This document shows positions 53,901 through 62,663 of a stretch of 64,000 nt of DNA, one piece after another. The first letter of the stretch is position 1. Each line of letters opens with the position of its first letter. Source of the DNA: Tubulanus polymorphus. Its lineage: Eukaryota; Animalia; Nemertea. The stretch is from assembly GCF_964204645.1 (NCBI RefSeq), contig NC_134035.1:434001-498000 (forward strand). The letters are read 5' to 3'. A program made the translations under genes and the position numbers. The notes under the pieces are model-generated. The model did no database searches, was not told where the DNA came from, and saw only the letters and a program-made list of their open reading frames with translations.

Positions 53901-56598
53901 GTAAGTGAGCGCGCACACAAACTGAAGACGAAATCAGTTACAACTTGCTTAAAGAGTTATGAAGTTTCAATGACTCTCAGCGAAAATGGTAGATATTATA
54001 TTCCACCGAGGAGATTAATAGAAAACTTACAAAATGAATTTCCGCTTCTACTGTTATCTAGAAAAGAGAATTAACATTCATATCTATAAAAATCATTCAT
54101 TAAATGATCAATGAATCTAAGCGCCAGTTTTATGGAGACCAATGTTTACTTTAATAAATCTGGGTTAACTTGATTAAAAGTGAATTCAGTTAACTGAGCA
54201 CGGGTTAAACATAATACCAGTCTAACCGGCTTCAGAGGACCAGGTTAAACAAAACAGGTTTACATAAAATGATATCATAAAATCTAAACTTACTGGCGGC
54301 GGAATTTCCTCCAGGACTTCTGGCTGTTAGAAAAGAACAATAACATTCACATTCAGGTCAAAAACGATAAGTTATGAAGGGAATCGAACTCCGATTTAAT
54401 TCTGTAACTTTGATGATAATTCTGACGAAAAACTCATAAGAATCGGTTGTTTCAAGGTAACAGAAGAATTAATACTTACTGCCTTTGCTGCTGTTTGTTT
54501 ACGCTGATGACATGAAAGAAAAAAAGAGAATTCATTTTAGTTTTGTTATTTCACGTTCACACGTTAAATACAGTAAATATAAATACATCAATAAAAGAGA
54601 TACATAAAATATATGCACATATATCCGTGAGCAAATGCTTCCAGATTTTACTGTTTGCGCTAATGTTATATAAAAAAAACTTGATATATAAAATAATTCT
54701 AAGTGATGGGAATTTATTTCATTGAAAGCAGGATTATTTTCATGACTTTGTTCCCGGTATGAAATATACGATGAAAATCACAAACAAATCATCGTCTGTC
54801 AGAAAGAAATAAACACCACAGAAATTCCATGATACAGAAAACTTCTCACTTACTTCTGGTGCTGTTGTTCTTGTCGTCGTCGAATTCTGTCGCAATAAAA
54901 AAAAAAAAGAGAATTCATGAATTTCTTGCATTTTTTCATATTCAGTAGCAAACATTAAACACAGGAGATCATATTATAATTAAAACAAAAGACAAGTTTT
55001 ATATCTGTATTCGGAAAAACCCTGATATTTCTGTATTCGTTTGTTTTAGGGTTTTATTTAAACAATATAAAGTCCATTAAACAGAAAAATTCAAACTTAC
55101 TGTATTCGTTGCTGTTTGTCTGTTCTGTTGCAATAAAAGAAAAGAGAATTCATTAATTTCTTGCATTAAAACTCTGATATCTGTAACTTTGATATTTCTG
55201 TATTCGTTTGTTTTACAGTTTGATTCAAACGATATAGAGTCCATGAAACAGAAAAATTCAAACTTCTGTTGTCGTTGCTTGCTGCTGCTGCAGCAGCAGC
55301 AGCAGCAGCAGCAGCAAACTGTCGCGATGAAAGAATAGTAATTAGTTGCATTGTTATTTCATATTGAGTAGCACACATTTAACAGAGATCATGATTAAAA
55401 CGAATACCAGACAGGTTTAATATCTGGAAAAAGATTTCATCAGAGTAAACTTGTTACAATGAGAGAAAACCAAAAACACCACGCGATAAATCAGTTTGAT
55501 AATTCCTTTTATCGGGATATTTGCACTTTAAAAATGACAATTGTAATTATCATCATTACTATTATCGTTATTACGAGTTTGATGATAATTATGAACTACA
55601 TGCGCAAATATAAGCGTATGTGTAAGTGAGCGCACGCACAAACTGAAGACGAAATCAGTTACAACTTGCTTAAAGAGTTATGAAGTTTCAATGACTCTCA
55701 GCGAAAATGGTAGATATCATATTCCACCGAGGAGATTAATAGAAAACTTACAAAATGAATTTCCGCTTCTACTGTTATCTAGAAAAGAGAATTAACATTC
55801 ATATCTATAAAAATTATTCATTAAATGATCAATGAATCTAAGCGCCAGTTTTATGGAGACCAATGTTTACTTTAATAAATCTGGGTTAACTTGATTAAAA
55901 GTGAATTCAGTTAACTGAGCACGGGTTAAACATAATACCAGTCTAACCGGCTTCAGAGGACCAGGTTAAACAAAACAGGTTTATATAAAATGATATCATG
56001 AAATCTAAACTTACTGGCGGCGGAATTTCCTCCAGGACTTCTGGCTGTTAGAAAAGAACAATAACATTCACATTCATTAGAATTATTTGAAAAATAAGCA
56101 TCTGGGGGCGGTTGCACGTCAATCGAGACTTAAGTCCGAAAGTGGTCTTAAATCTTAAGACTGGTCTTAAGTTGTTAGATTGGCTATAGAACCAAGTTGG
56201 TCTTAGACTGATCTTAAGTCTAAGCCCTGACTATGGAACGGGCCCCAGAAAATGTTTCAGTTTTGAATATTGATTGTAACATCAAATGATAACCGGTCCC
56301 GGGTTCAATTCCACATTTAATTCAATATTATATATAATATCTGTATCCTGGATGGTTAGTGAGGTGTAGTGGATGGTATCTTTGATGGGTTGGTATGAAC
56401 GCCAACACCAGGGGGAGTGGGGGCGGGGGATTTAAATCTAGCTCCGATATATCAATGAAATAGTGCGCACTATCTCAAAAATATCGACGACGTAGTGCAC
56501 ATCTACTCAGGTAAGTATACTAGGTATCAATGTAGATACAGACATATTATTGGAACAAAAAAATGAATACTTACTATCTGCTTTCGTTTTGGAGCCAT
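30844..56598 (-). CDS. Microexon-rich gene (39 predicted coding exons, ~709 aa); putative nuclear, largely disordered protein of unknown family
   Basis: Exons in transcript order: 56575-56602 (ATG at 56596-56598) MAPKRKQI; 56015-56044 PEVLEEIPPP; 55752-55778 ITVEAEIHF; 55101-55124 NRQTATNT; 54854-54886 NSTTTRTTAPE; 54480-54503 RKQTAAKA; second copy 54294-54323, 54031-54057, 53396-53419, 53138-53182 (NSATTTTTTKTTAPE), 52766-52789; third copy 52580-52609, 52317-52343, 51715-51738, 51467-51499, 51095-51118; 50659-50703 HHTGTRSTLASPDIE; 47183-47263; 46710-46829; 45932-45958 TLKEKRKME; 45805-45831 RERKKKALE; 45525-45572 TKAAAAAAAAKTAAAF; 44946-44990 KPPTTTTAAAAIPAR; 44619-44654 TKPTAAAAIPAR; 41279-41326 KPTPTATAAVAAIPAR; 40975-41001 KPTAAAPKE; 40680-40715 CKQITTTTTTKE; 40461-40496 VTRKRRRRSVDE; 40011-40046 QPVSPPKIPRDE; 39185-39238 NDDFPEPPPPEPEAPTII; 38227-38259 ESEIARIVQID; 37395-37421 KRKLEVPAS; 36766-36807 DPVSPKRARVGPVK; 36036-36074 TETPATPPPPQAD; 35434-35484 RDEIPQLRRSPRLRRRR; 34624-34675 (phase 0-1); 33957-34022 (1-1); 31644-31879 (1-0); 30844-31311 (terminal). 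Each has a pyrimidine-rich YAG acceptor, and each non-terminal exon has a GT donor (mostly GTAAGT). Phases chain without a stop. Confidence 0.8.
31644..31879 (-). CDS. Exon 38 (236 nt): EPILIETVEDGPEDVKEAIDLFHLNLGPVLDDQLADPVPAAASPDRRPRQRTLRQPHPLAQRWSRRVDGRLWEGELRE
   Basis: tattttacag acceptor and GAG|gtaagc donor; phase 1-0; paralogous copy on the + strand at 24007-24236. Confidence 0.8.
32922..32963 (+). ncRNA. Hammerhead-like motif of a second Penelope-like family, next to a (TA)n tract
   Basis: ACAC-CTGACGA-T-GATCTC(tagggt)GAGATC-GAAA-CA-TC-GTGT. Confidence 0.55.
33472..33727. mobile_element. Very short inverted Penelope pLTR insertion with two hammerhead motifs (33568-33613 on -, 33621-33667 on +)
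   Basis: Same sequence as the ends of the 42.1-44.4 kb element, ~105-bp inverted arms, one-sided tail, and 11-bp direct repeat acgcgaaagtt at 33461-33471 and 33728-33738. Confidence 0.88.
33957..34022 (-). CDS. Exon 37 (66 nt, phase 1-1): (V)IEEIRRNIAADPRYLLNFLTR(L)
   Basis: ttattttacag acceptor and gtaagt donor. Its phases fit exon 36 (52 nt, ends phase 1) and exon 38 (starts phase 1). Confidence 0.75.
35572..35945. repeat. 41-43-bp intronic minisatellite (inverted copy at ~25470-25650)
   Basis: GCTCGGTAGGACCAGAGAGATTCAGGGATTCTATATGTGAATA units. Confidence 0.92.
37183..37357. repeat. 20-bp minisatellite (CAGACGGAGAGACAGGCGGA)
   Basis: Directly visible. Confidence 0.92.
39666..39863. mobile_element. 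MITE with CAG(G/A)G(C/T)TGCCAACC TIRs
   Basis: cagggctgccaacc ... ggttggcaactctg. It interrupts an intron whose paralogue (~36610) lacks it. Confidence 0.65.
40187..40308. repeat. (CCGA)n microsatellite
   Basis: Directly visible. Confidence 0.97.
42167..42212 (-). ncRNA. Minimal type I hammerhead ribozyme (Penelope pLTR, left arm, same strand as host gene)
   Basis: Reverse complement of 44292-44337. Confidence 0.75.
42522..43286 (-). CDS. Penelope ORF C-terminal fragment: RT thumb (VYRKPT..YL) plus GIY-YIG endonuclease
   Basis: Motifs VYRKPTNAESYLHY and GIYKIPCKVCDKVYIGETGRNLNQRIKEH. The RT core is absent (truncated). Confidence 0.9.
   Translation of the reverse strand: MKFAVYRKPTNAESYLHYFSFTSPDIKLGLAQGLFLRALRICDPSFLPDEIHHINQSLKKLAYPDFLLKKALLKARTTHFRNNNLRTPTLATDKQPIIVPYVPFLENSKVSLRSLNKQLIFKYNNKLSNILINNKPKTESLNCGIYKIPCKVCDKVYIGETGRNLNQRIKEHKLDVKNFKPESGVASHVFQTSHNFDFANAELVYPCSDKTRRHILESALIIENSNNVVNLNNGFSPHNKLISKFLCKLVKLNT
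43290..43982 (+). CDS. Inverted second copy of the Penelope GIY-YIG endonuclease fragment
   Basis: Identical protein from DIKLGLAQG to KLNT*. The N-terminus of ORF 43236 is the antisense of the spacer. Confidence 0.85.
   Translation, partial: DIKLGLAQGLFLRALRICDPSFLPDEIHHINQSLKKLAYPDFLLKKALLKARTTHFRNNNLRTPTLATDKQPIIVPYVPFLENSKVSLRSLNKQLIFKYNNKLSNILINNKPKTESLNCGIYKIPCKVCDKVYIGETGRNLNQRIKEHKLDVKNFKPESGVASHVFQTSHNFDFANAELVYPCSDKTRRHILESALIIENSNNVVNLNNGFSPHNKLISKFLCKLVKLNT
44292..44337 (+). ncRNA. Minimal type I hammerhead ribozyme (Penelope pLTR)
   Basis: TTATTC-CTGAAGA-T-GACTAT(taggat)ATAGTC-GAAA-CG-TT-GAATAA. Stem I, catalytic core, stem II and a loopless palindromic stem III are visible. 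Confidence 0.75.
46710..47263 (-). CDS. Exons 18-19 (47183-47263, 46710-46829): EIETVFELKLGTSLRASFQKTLTRKHP-QVIVDTPRVHAIVVVRGPKVAVDNCYEYAHELRDRLVAQE, possible degenerate KH-like domain
   Basis: 81-nt and 120-nt phase-0 exons with canonical splice sites. The hydrophobic pattern resembles a type I KH fold lacking the GxxG loop (by eye). Confidence 0.65.
47721..48213. mobile_element. MITE with CAG(A/T)GTTGCCACTT TIRs
   Basis: cagagttgccactt ... aagtggcaacactg, flanked by the direct repeat tatatt. Confidence 0.7.
48700..48976. mobile_element. MITE with CATAGGCGTCCCC TIRs
   Basis: cataggcgtcccc ... ggggacgcctatg. Confidence 0.7.
49263..49450 (+). mobile_element. tRNA-derived SINE-like element
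   Basis: A-box-like GTGGCCAAGTGG and B-box GGTTCAAACCC, followed by a non-tRNA body. Confidence 0.5.
49790..49965. repeat. 37-bp tandem repeat
   Basis: GGTTGGCTTGWTTCTTAACTCAAAACCGTACCGATAC, ~4-5 copies. Confidence 0.9.
50967..56076 (-). repeat. Three tandem copies of a ~1.7-kb unit carrying five coding microexons plus one exon-like segment with a defective donor
   Basis: The PEVLEEIPPP exon recurs at 56015, 54294 and 52580 (spacing 1721 and 1714). Introns are near-identical between copies. Confidence 0.95.
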
Positions 56599-57947
56599 AT
56601 TTCTAGAAAACAAAATAGAGACATCATAAACATTTGAGCGACGACACTTATCATCATTTGAAAATTGGCATATCGATTGTAAACAAATCCGCCAGATGAC
56701 AGATCTGTAATCAGTCAGTGCTATGGAGGGTAGCCCTTGGGTTTTAATAGAAACAATTTCAGAGACAACACATTAACAACTTTCGTCAACGAATTCCCTT
56801 GAGAATCATCTGTATCAACCAGTTACAGATGATTCTCAAGGGAATTCGCTGACGAAAGTTGCACTTGGTAAATACACAAAATATAAATGAATTACCCAAA
56901 TATTTCCTTGATTTTAGGAAAATTTCCGAAATTTATTTTTGGAAATATTTCCAAACTAGGAATTATCATTTCAAAATTCCAAAGTTTTTCCCAATTTCCG
57001 CGTTCTGTGGGAACCATGAGTATGCCTGTTTATCTAAGTGCTGAGGTGGAATTTTTTAAATCTTACATCTCCAGCACTTTCGAGTATTGATTAGTTCAAT
57101 GAAATGCTTAACGCACCTTAAAATTTCAACAAAATATTTTGTTTAGGGTTTCATTCAGTAAACCATCAGGCCATACATGCAGTTCAACAGTTTTGGACGC
57201 AATGGGATACCGGCAAGGCTAATGAATGAATAAGACCCTAAAGATATTTTCTGTTGAAGACATTTTGAGGGCACCAACGATTCCCTACCATTTTTCATTA
57301 CCAGTTGAAATTTGGTTTATTTCAGAATGTTTTAAATCTAAAAAACTGATCAAGAAATGTGGAACTGGGGGGTCCAGAACAGTGGAACTGGATCCTGATA
57401 GCCGCTTTAAATGAAATCTTTTTGACATTTTTGTTGAAGAAATTAAATTTGTGTAGGGTGCCAAAAATCCCAGATCAGTTATCCAAAGTAATACACACTA
57501 AATTTTTTATTTTCGTGTTTAAACTTTTCTCAACTTGGTCTCAACAGGACCAGTGAAACTGTATAGTCCAGATAAACCATCGTTTCTATATCCATCTGAC
57601 ACTGTTTTCAAAGGATTGTCAAAAAATCGTCTTTAACTGATTTGAATCAGAGAAAAGAGACTCCATTTTATGAACTAAATAAATTTTAACAATATGTTCC
57701 ATGCCTACCATTTTAAATTATTTTCAAACCATCAAGAATCATATTTCAGAGGCATGGAAACACAAGAAACATTTTGTTAGAATTTCAAAAATGGCTGATC
57801 TTTTGTAATTGCAACATGAGAAAATGAAGACTTTTTGGCAATTCTTCAATATGGTGTAAAGTGGATGTAAATACAACTGTTTATTCAGACTGCACATATT
57901 CACTCTGGTCGTATCGAGACCAAATTGAGGTGTTTTCAAAAGTTTAA

Positions 57948-58840
57948 CCCCTTTAGTGTGTCTACAGCACAGTGTGGTATATAAATCAGTGATAGATTTT
58001 GCTAATTCACCGCACTGTGGTGTCTTGATGTAATAAGTAATTAGTTTTTATCTCTATTGAAAGATGACAGCACCTGTCAAACATAGTGAAATACTAGTAC
58101 CGTATTTTCCGGCCAATAAGCCGATTTTCTAGCCTCAGATTTTTACCCAAAATATCGTGATCGGCTTATTGGGCGGATACGATCTGACATAAAAAATCAC
58201 TTCCCGATCTATGCCACTCTAATGCTCTCAATGATCGTCAAAATCAAGAAAAGTGGTCGATATTTATTGGAGGTCATTATTTACTACCAATTATAATCTA
58301 TTTTGAACTATTTTATTTTTACTTTGATTGTTCCATCACCGCACAGCGGCAATGGTATACATTTATATAATGCGCGAGTTCATCGCACTACCACACTACC
58401 ACGTGTCAGTTCATACATTAGTATTTATGCAAATCAGCAGTGAGCCGCGTACTGCGTGTATAGTAATCAGCTGAGTGATTCTATATATAGCACAGTCACT
58501 CGGCGATGATAGTATACACAGCACTCTCACACATCGGCGGGCGCTACTGTCAGCCTCTTAAATGTCAATTAAGACGAACTAATTGACAAATCAGTGAATT
58601 AAAATCTCCGATGAAGGGCCTCGGCTTATTGGGCGAAGCTTTATGAAATCCATGTATTTTAGGCTAAAAAACTGCCCTTGGCTTATTGGCTGGAAAATAC
58701 GGTAGCTAATGATACACCGCGCCGCGGTGTAGACGCACTATAGTGGTATTCCCGTTATTCAACAAACTAGGGCAGAATTTTTCAAAATTTTAAAATTATC
58801 TCCAGCACTATAAGCTATTGATCAGTCAGCACTGAAAGGG
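57948..58840. mobile_element. piggyBac-like non-autonomous element (TTAA-flanked); related end at ~33051-33175
   Basis: TTAA|cccctttagtg ... cactgaaaggg|TTAA. Confidence 0.6.
58100..58702. mobile_element. Tc1/mariner-pogo-type MITE nested in the TTAA element
   Basis: TA|ccgtattttccggccaataagcc ... ggcttattggctggaaaatacgg|TA. Confidence 0.8.
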
Positions 58841-59120
58841 TTAAGAGAAATATCACAAAGTAACGGATGTCATGCAAAAATTATGAAGACATCGGTCCAT
58901 TCCGTTTCATGAACGTAAAAATAAAACCCTGTAAATCAATTCAACATTCACTAAATTCACCTGCATTAATGAAGAAATTTAAAATCGATTTTAAGTGTAA
59001 GATATTTTTTATGTAAGTGGGTCCTAGTCTAATTGGGTCTAACAGTCAGTTTCACAAAAATTTTATTGGCGAGATAAACTTTAGTTAATGATGAAATTTT
59101 ATAATCGATTCTAAGTGTAA

Positions 59121-59340
59121 GGCTAAACAAAAATGATACCTTGTTTCTCCGCAGCGGCCGGGTCATTTTTGTAAAATATGATAAAATCTATAAACAGTTC
59201 ATTTCTATAGCGGCCGGGTCTGTTATGGTAAAATTGATCACGATTTTTAAAAAAGTAATGTATAGGGTAGATAGGCGGCCGGCCGGGTCAACATTTAAGT
59301 TCAGCAGAGTGGAGAAACAAGGTATCAATTTTTTTTAGCC
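59121..59340. mobile_element. PIF/Harbinger-type MITE
   Basis: TAA|ggctaaa...gataccttgtttctcc ... ggagaaacaaggtatc...ttagcc|TAA. An empty paralogous site sits at ~58984-59010. Confidence 0.8.
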
Positions 59341-59435
59341 TAAGATATTCTTCATCTAAGTGGGTCCAAGCCTAATTGGGTCCAAGAGTCAGTTTCTCGA
59401 AAATTGTACAGCTATTTTCTATTTCGACTTGACTT

Positions 59436-60008
59436 GCACATCAGGTGGCCTAGCTCAGTCAGTTTTAGTGGTATATACCTGATAGAAGTCTTATTAGGAC
59501 CAGAAAGGACTGGCAGTTGACGAAAAACATTGTTTTCTGATCCATTCTACACTGTATTTAAGGATTGCAAAAAAAGTCTTCATTGAAAACAGTTAAAATA
59601 AAGAAAAGTGGCTCTATGATTCTAACATTCTAACAAAAGTGGCTCTATGATTCCAACATTAAATTCTAACAATTTATTGCCATGCCTACATAGCAAACTT
59701 CAGTTGCTAAGGCTTTTTTGTAATCATTTGATACAGTGTGCAATGGATTAAAAAACGACTGCCCCTCAGTAAGTTTAGGTAAAAGGGTCAAAAGGGTAAG
59801 CACAGATGGGCAGCTGATCTAAAAGCATCGGTTCCATTTAAACTGCATTGAGGGATAACCTAAATCTTCTTTAACTCAAATGATCTTCAATACAACGTAA
59901 AATGGATTAAATATCAAAGTTTAAGGTTGGCCGCCTATCTGTGCCATCTCATTTGAGACAACAGGTTACGTACTACCAAAACTGACTGAGCTAGGCCACC
60001 TGATGTGC
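59436..60008. mobile_element. MITE with ~35-bp TIRs
   Basis: gcacatcaggtggcctagctcagtcagtttt is inverted relative to aaaactgactgagctaggccacctgatgtgc. Confidence 0.7.
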
Positions 60009-61484
60009 GGCCAAATCTAGTTGAAATAGAAATTAATCAAAAAACAATATTCTTTACCGACACTAATGGATACAAAAATCTTGTAAAACCAGGGCAACTA
60101 AAATCGGGGAAGCAATTTCATGACATAAATTTGACACCAAAATCTATTTCATGGCTCAGTATTTTATGAGAATAGATAATTCTAGAATATAATAATATTT
60201 TGCCTAGTATTTGTTGATTTGTATCAACATCATCCACAGCTAATAGTGACCTAAGGTCTCAGTGAGTTGTATTGTATTCAAACAACTGTAAGACATGCCG
60301 CTACATTTTGAGCAGCCAGGGTTTGACTAAGGGTTTGCCAGGGTTTGACTAGTTCGCCATCTAGTGGATACTATGAATTATGAGTGTCTATCGGATTAAA
60401 TTGTCAGCTGGCAGATGAGCTTGGCAAGAAAGTTTTTCAAATCGATTCTAAAAATATTTACATTTAATACAGTTTATCTCACCAATAAATTTTTTGTGAA
60501 ACTGACCCCTGGACCTAATTAGACTAGGCCCTACGTGAAGAAAATCTTACTCTAAAATCGCTTTTAAATTACTTCAACACGGGTGCATATTGAATCGATT
60601 TAGGATTAATTTCGTTTTGGGAAAATGTACCCAGGGTCGTATATTTCATATAGGCAGCTATCAGGATCCAGTTTCACAGTTCTGGACCCAGTTCCACAGT
60701 TGTTAGTTAGAGCTAACTGAGTTCATTTTCAATGTTTTAACTACAATCAATTTCGAACTCAGATTTAGAGTTCAGGTTTAAAGCAAATTGAAATGAACTA
60801 ATTTTAACTCAAAGTAAACCAAAGATGAAACCGAGATCGAATGCTGATTTTCAGATGCAGCTCTCAATTCAGAATAATTCTTATCAAAATAATTTCTGAT
60901 CTTTAGGACTAATGACCCTTCATTTCACACCCCTTAACACTGGACAAAAATGAACTCAGCTAGCTCTACCCCAACCTGGAAGCTTTGTTTATTTTCTACC
61001 CTTAGCTACGTATAAAGCTCGGGTCTAAAATCAAAACTTCACTTCAAAAACTTAGGCCTAGTTTACAAAAAATGGCCACCGGGCTGAAGAGGTAGGAGGG
61101 AGAGGGATCGCCGCCGACGGGGCTTTGTTTCTTCAGTTTTCTTCTGCCGTTCGTTCGACCATCTCATTTTTTCAACCAGTCGCTGCTGTGATGATATTCT
61201 CCTGCAGAAATTTGAGATCTCAAAAAGATCGGCCTCAAGAATATCGGCGGCGATCAGGATTGAGGAGCGGGATGGGTGCGGAAAGTGGCGCCATTTCAGA
61301 CGACGGAATATCGAGTTAAAACATCGTCTGAAATATCAGTTTACATCAATAGATGATCGTCAAAAACTATTTCTACGCCGTCCAAACGATCTCTTCTGTG
61401 ATATTGGCCGTAAAATCTACCGCAAAACGATCCGATTTAACGGATGTAAAGAGATTTAAATCGAAAAAAATCACCAACACGTTT

Positions 61485-61570
61485 ACTTACATCGCTCGAT
61501 TTAGCATGAATGATAATGCGCGCAACGGGCGAGCCAATCACCGTGACGGAAACAATAGGATCCAATCAAC
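61485..61570 (-). promoter_or_regulatory. Candidate promoter and short first exon of the microexon gene
   Basis: Donor GAT|gtaagt (acttac 61485-61490), Inr-like TCATTC at 61508-61513, two CCAAT boxes (~61534, ~61562) and CpG-rich flanks. An ATG at 61505-61507 would splice in frame to the MAPKRK exon. Confidence 0.4.
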
Positions 61571-61884
61571 GGAACGGATACTACCGGATGCCGGACCACG
61601 TGGTGTGTTTGAATCGGCGACACTCGGATACGGATTCTATAACCGAACCGTCGAAATGATATATCATTATCAATTTCAATTGATGTATCGAAATATCAAT
61701 TCGACTATCGATAGAAATAGAAATGATTATATCGTAGATCTTTTAATATCAGTATCGGATTTTTTTTAGAATTTACGGACGCCCGACGACCAAACAACTC
61801 ACATCATCCTCGATTGCCAGGGGCCGGATGAAACGTTGAACGCGGACTGCGTATCGGCCATCGGCACTATCTAGGCTATGAACC

Positions 61885-62663
61885 CAGGGGCGGATACAGG
61901 GGGTCGCATCTGCGGCTCGTGCAACCCCTTGAATTTGTGAAGTGCCCTTTTCAAAAAGATTCTCATGAAAATACAGCGCCTGCAAAATCCGACGTCCGGA
62001 CCTATGAAATTAATTAGAATTTCAATTATTGCGGAAAAGGGCACTTTATATTGCAAAAAATGGCACGTTTCATTGAATCAATTGCCAAAAGGCACGTTAT
62101 ATTGTCAAGAAGGGCACATATATTGCGAAAAAGGGCACGTTCATTTGCAAAAAAATTAAGAAAAGTGCTCCAAAAATAGTTTGAAAAATCCTGTTATGGG
62201 CACGATTGATCTCCAAAATGAGGGCGCATGTGTTCAATCATATTACCGTACTGATGTGCTCTGACAGGGCACAACTCTGTGACTATCGGCACGTTCAAAT
62301 TGCCAAAAAAATCCTAAAGGCACATTGTATTGCCAAAAGGGCACGTTCATAAAAATTCAGAAAAGGGCTCAAAAATAGTTGGCTCAAAAAAATGACTAAT
62401 AACTATCACATTCTAAAAGGGGCACATTCAAATTGCAATAAATACTAAGAGTGGTTTGTTATTGCCTAAAATTCAGACAAGGGTATTTTTGCTATTTTGA
62501 TGCCTCAGATGCTCTGATAGCTGGGCTTCAAATTTTTAACTGATTCTAAACCCCTTGGTGGCTTCGTACCTTCGGTGCTCGCCTCGTCGTGGTAATACAA
62601 ATCCGGACAGGTGCCCTCTTGAATGAGTGCTACCCCTTGAATTTGGGCCTAGATCCGCCCCTG
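61885..62663. mobile_element. Non-autonomous DNA transposon with CAGGGGCGGAT TIRs (related element ~31938-32175)
   Basis: gaacc|caggggcggat ... atccgcccctg|gaacc. Confidence 0.75.
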
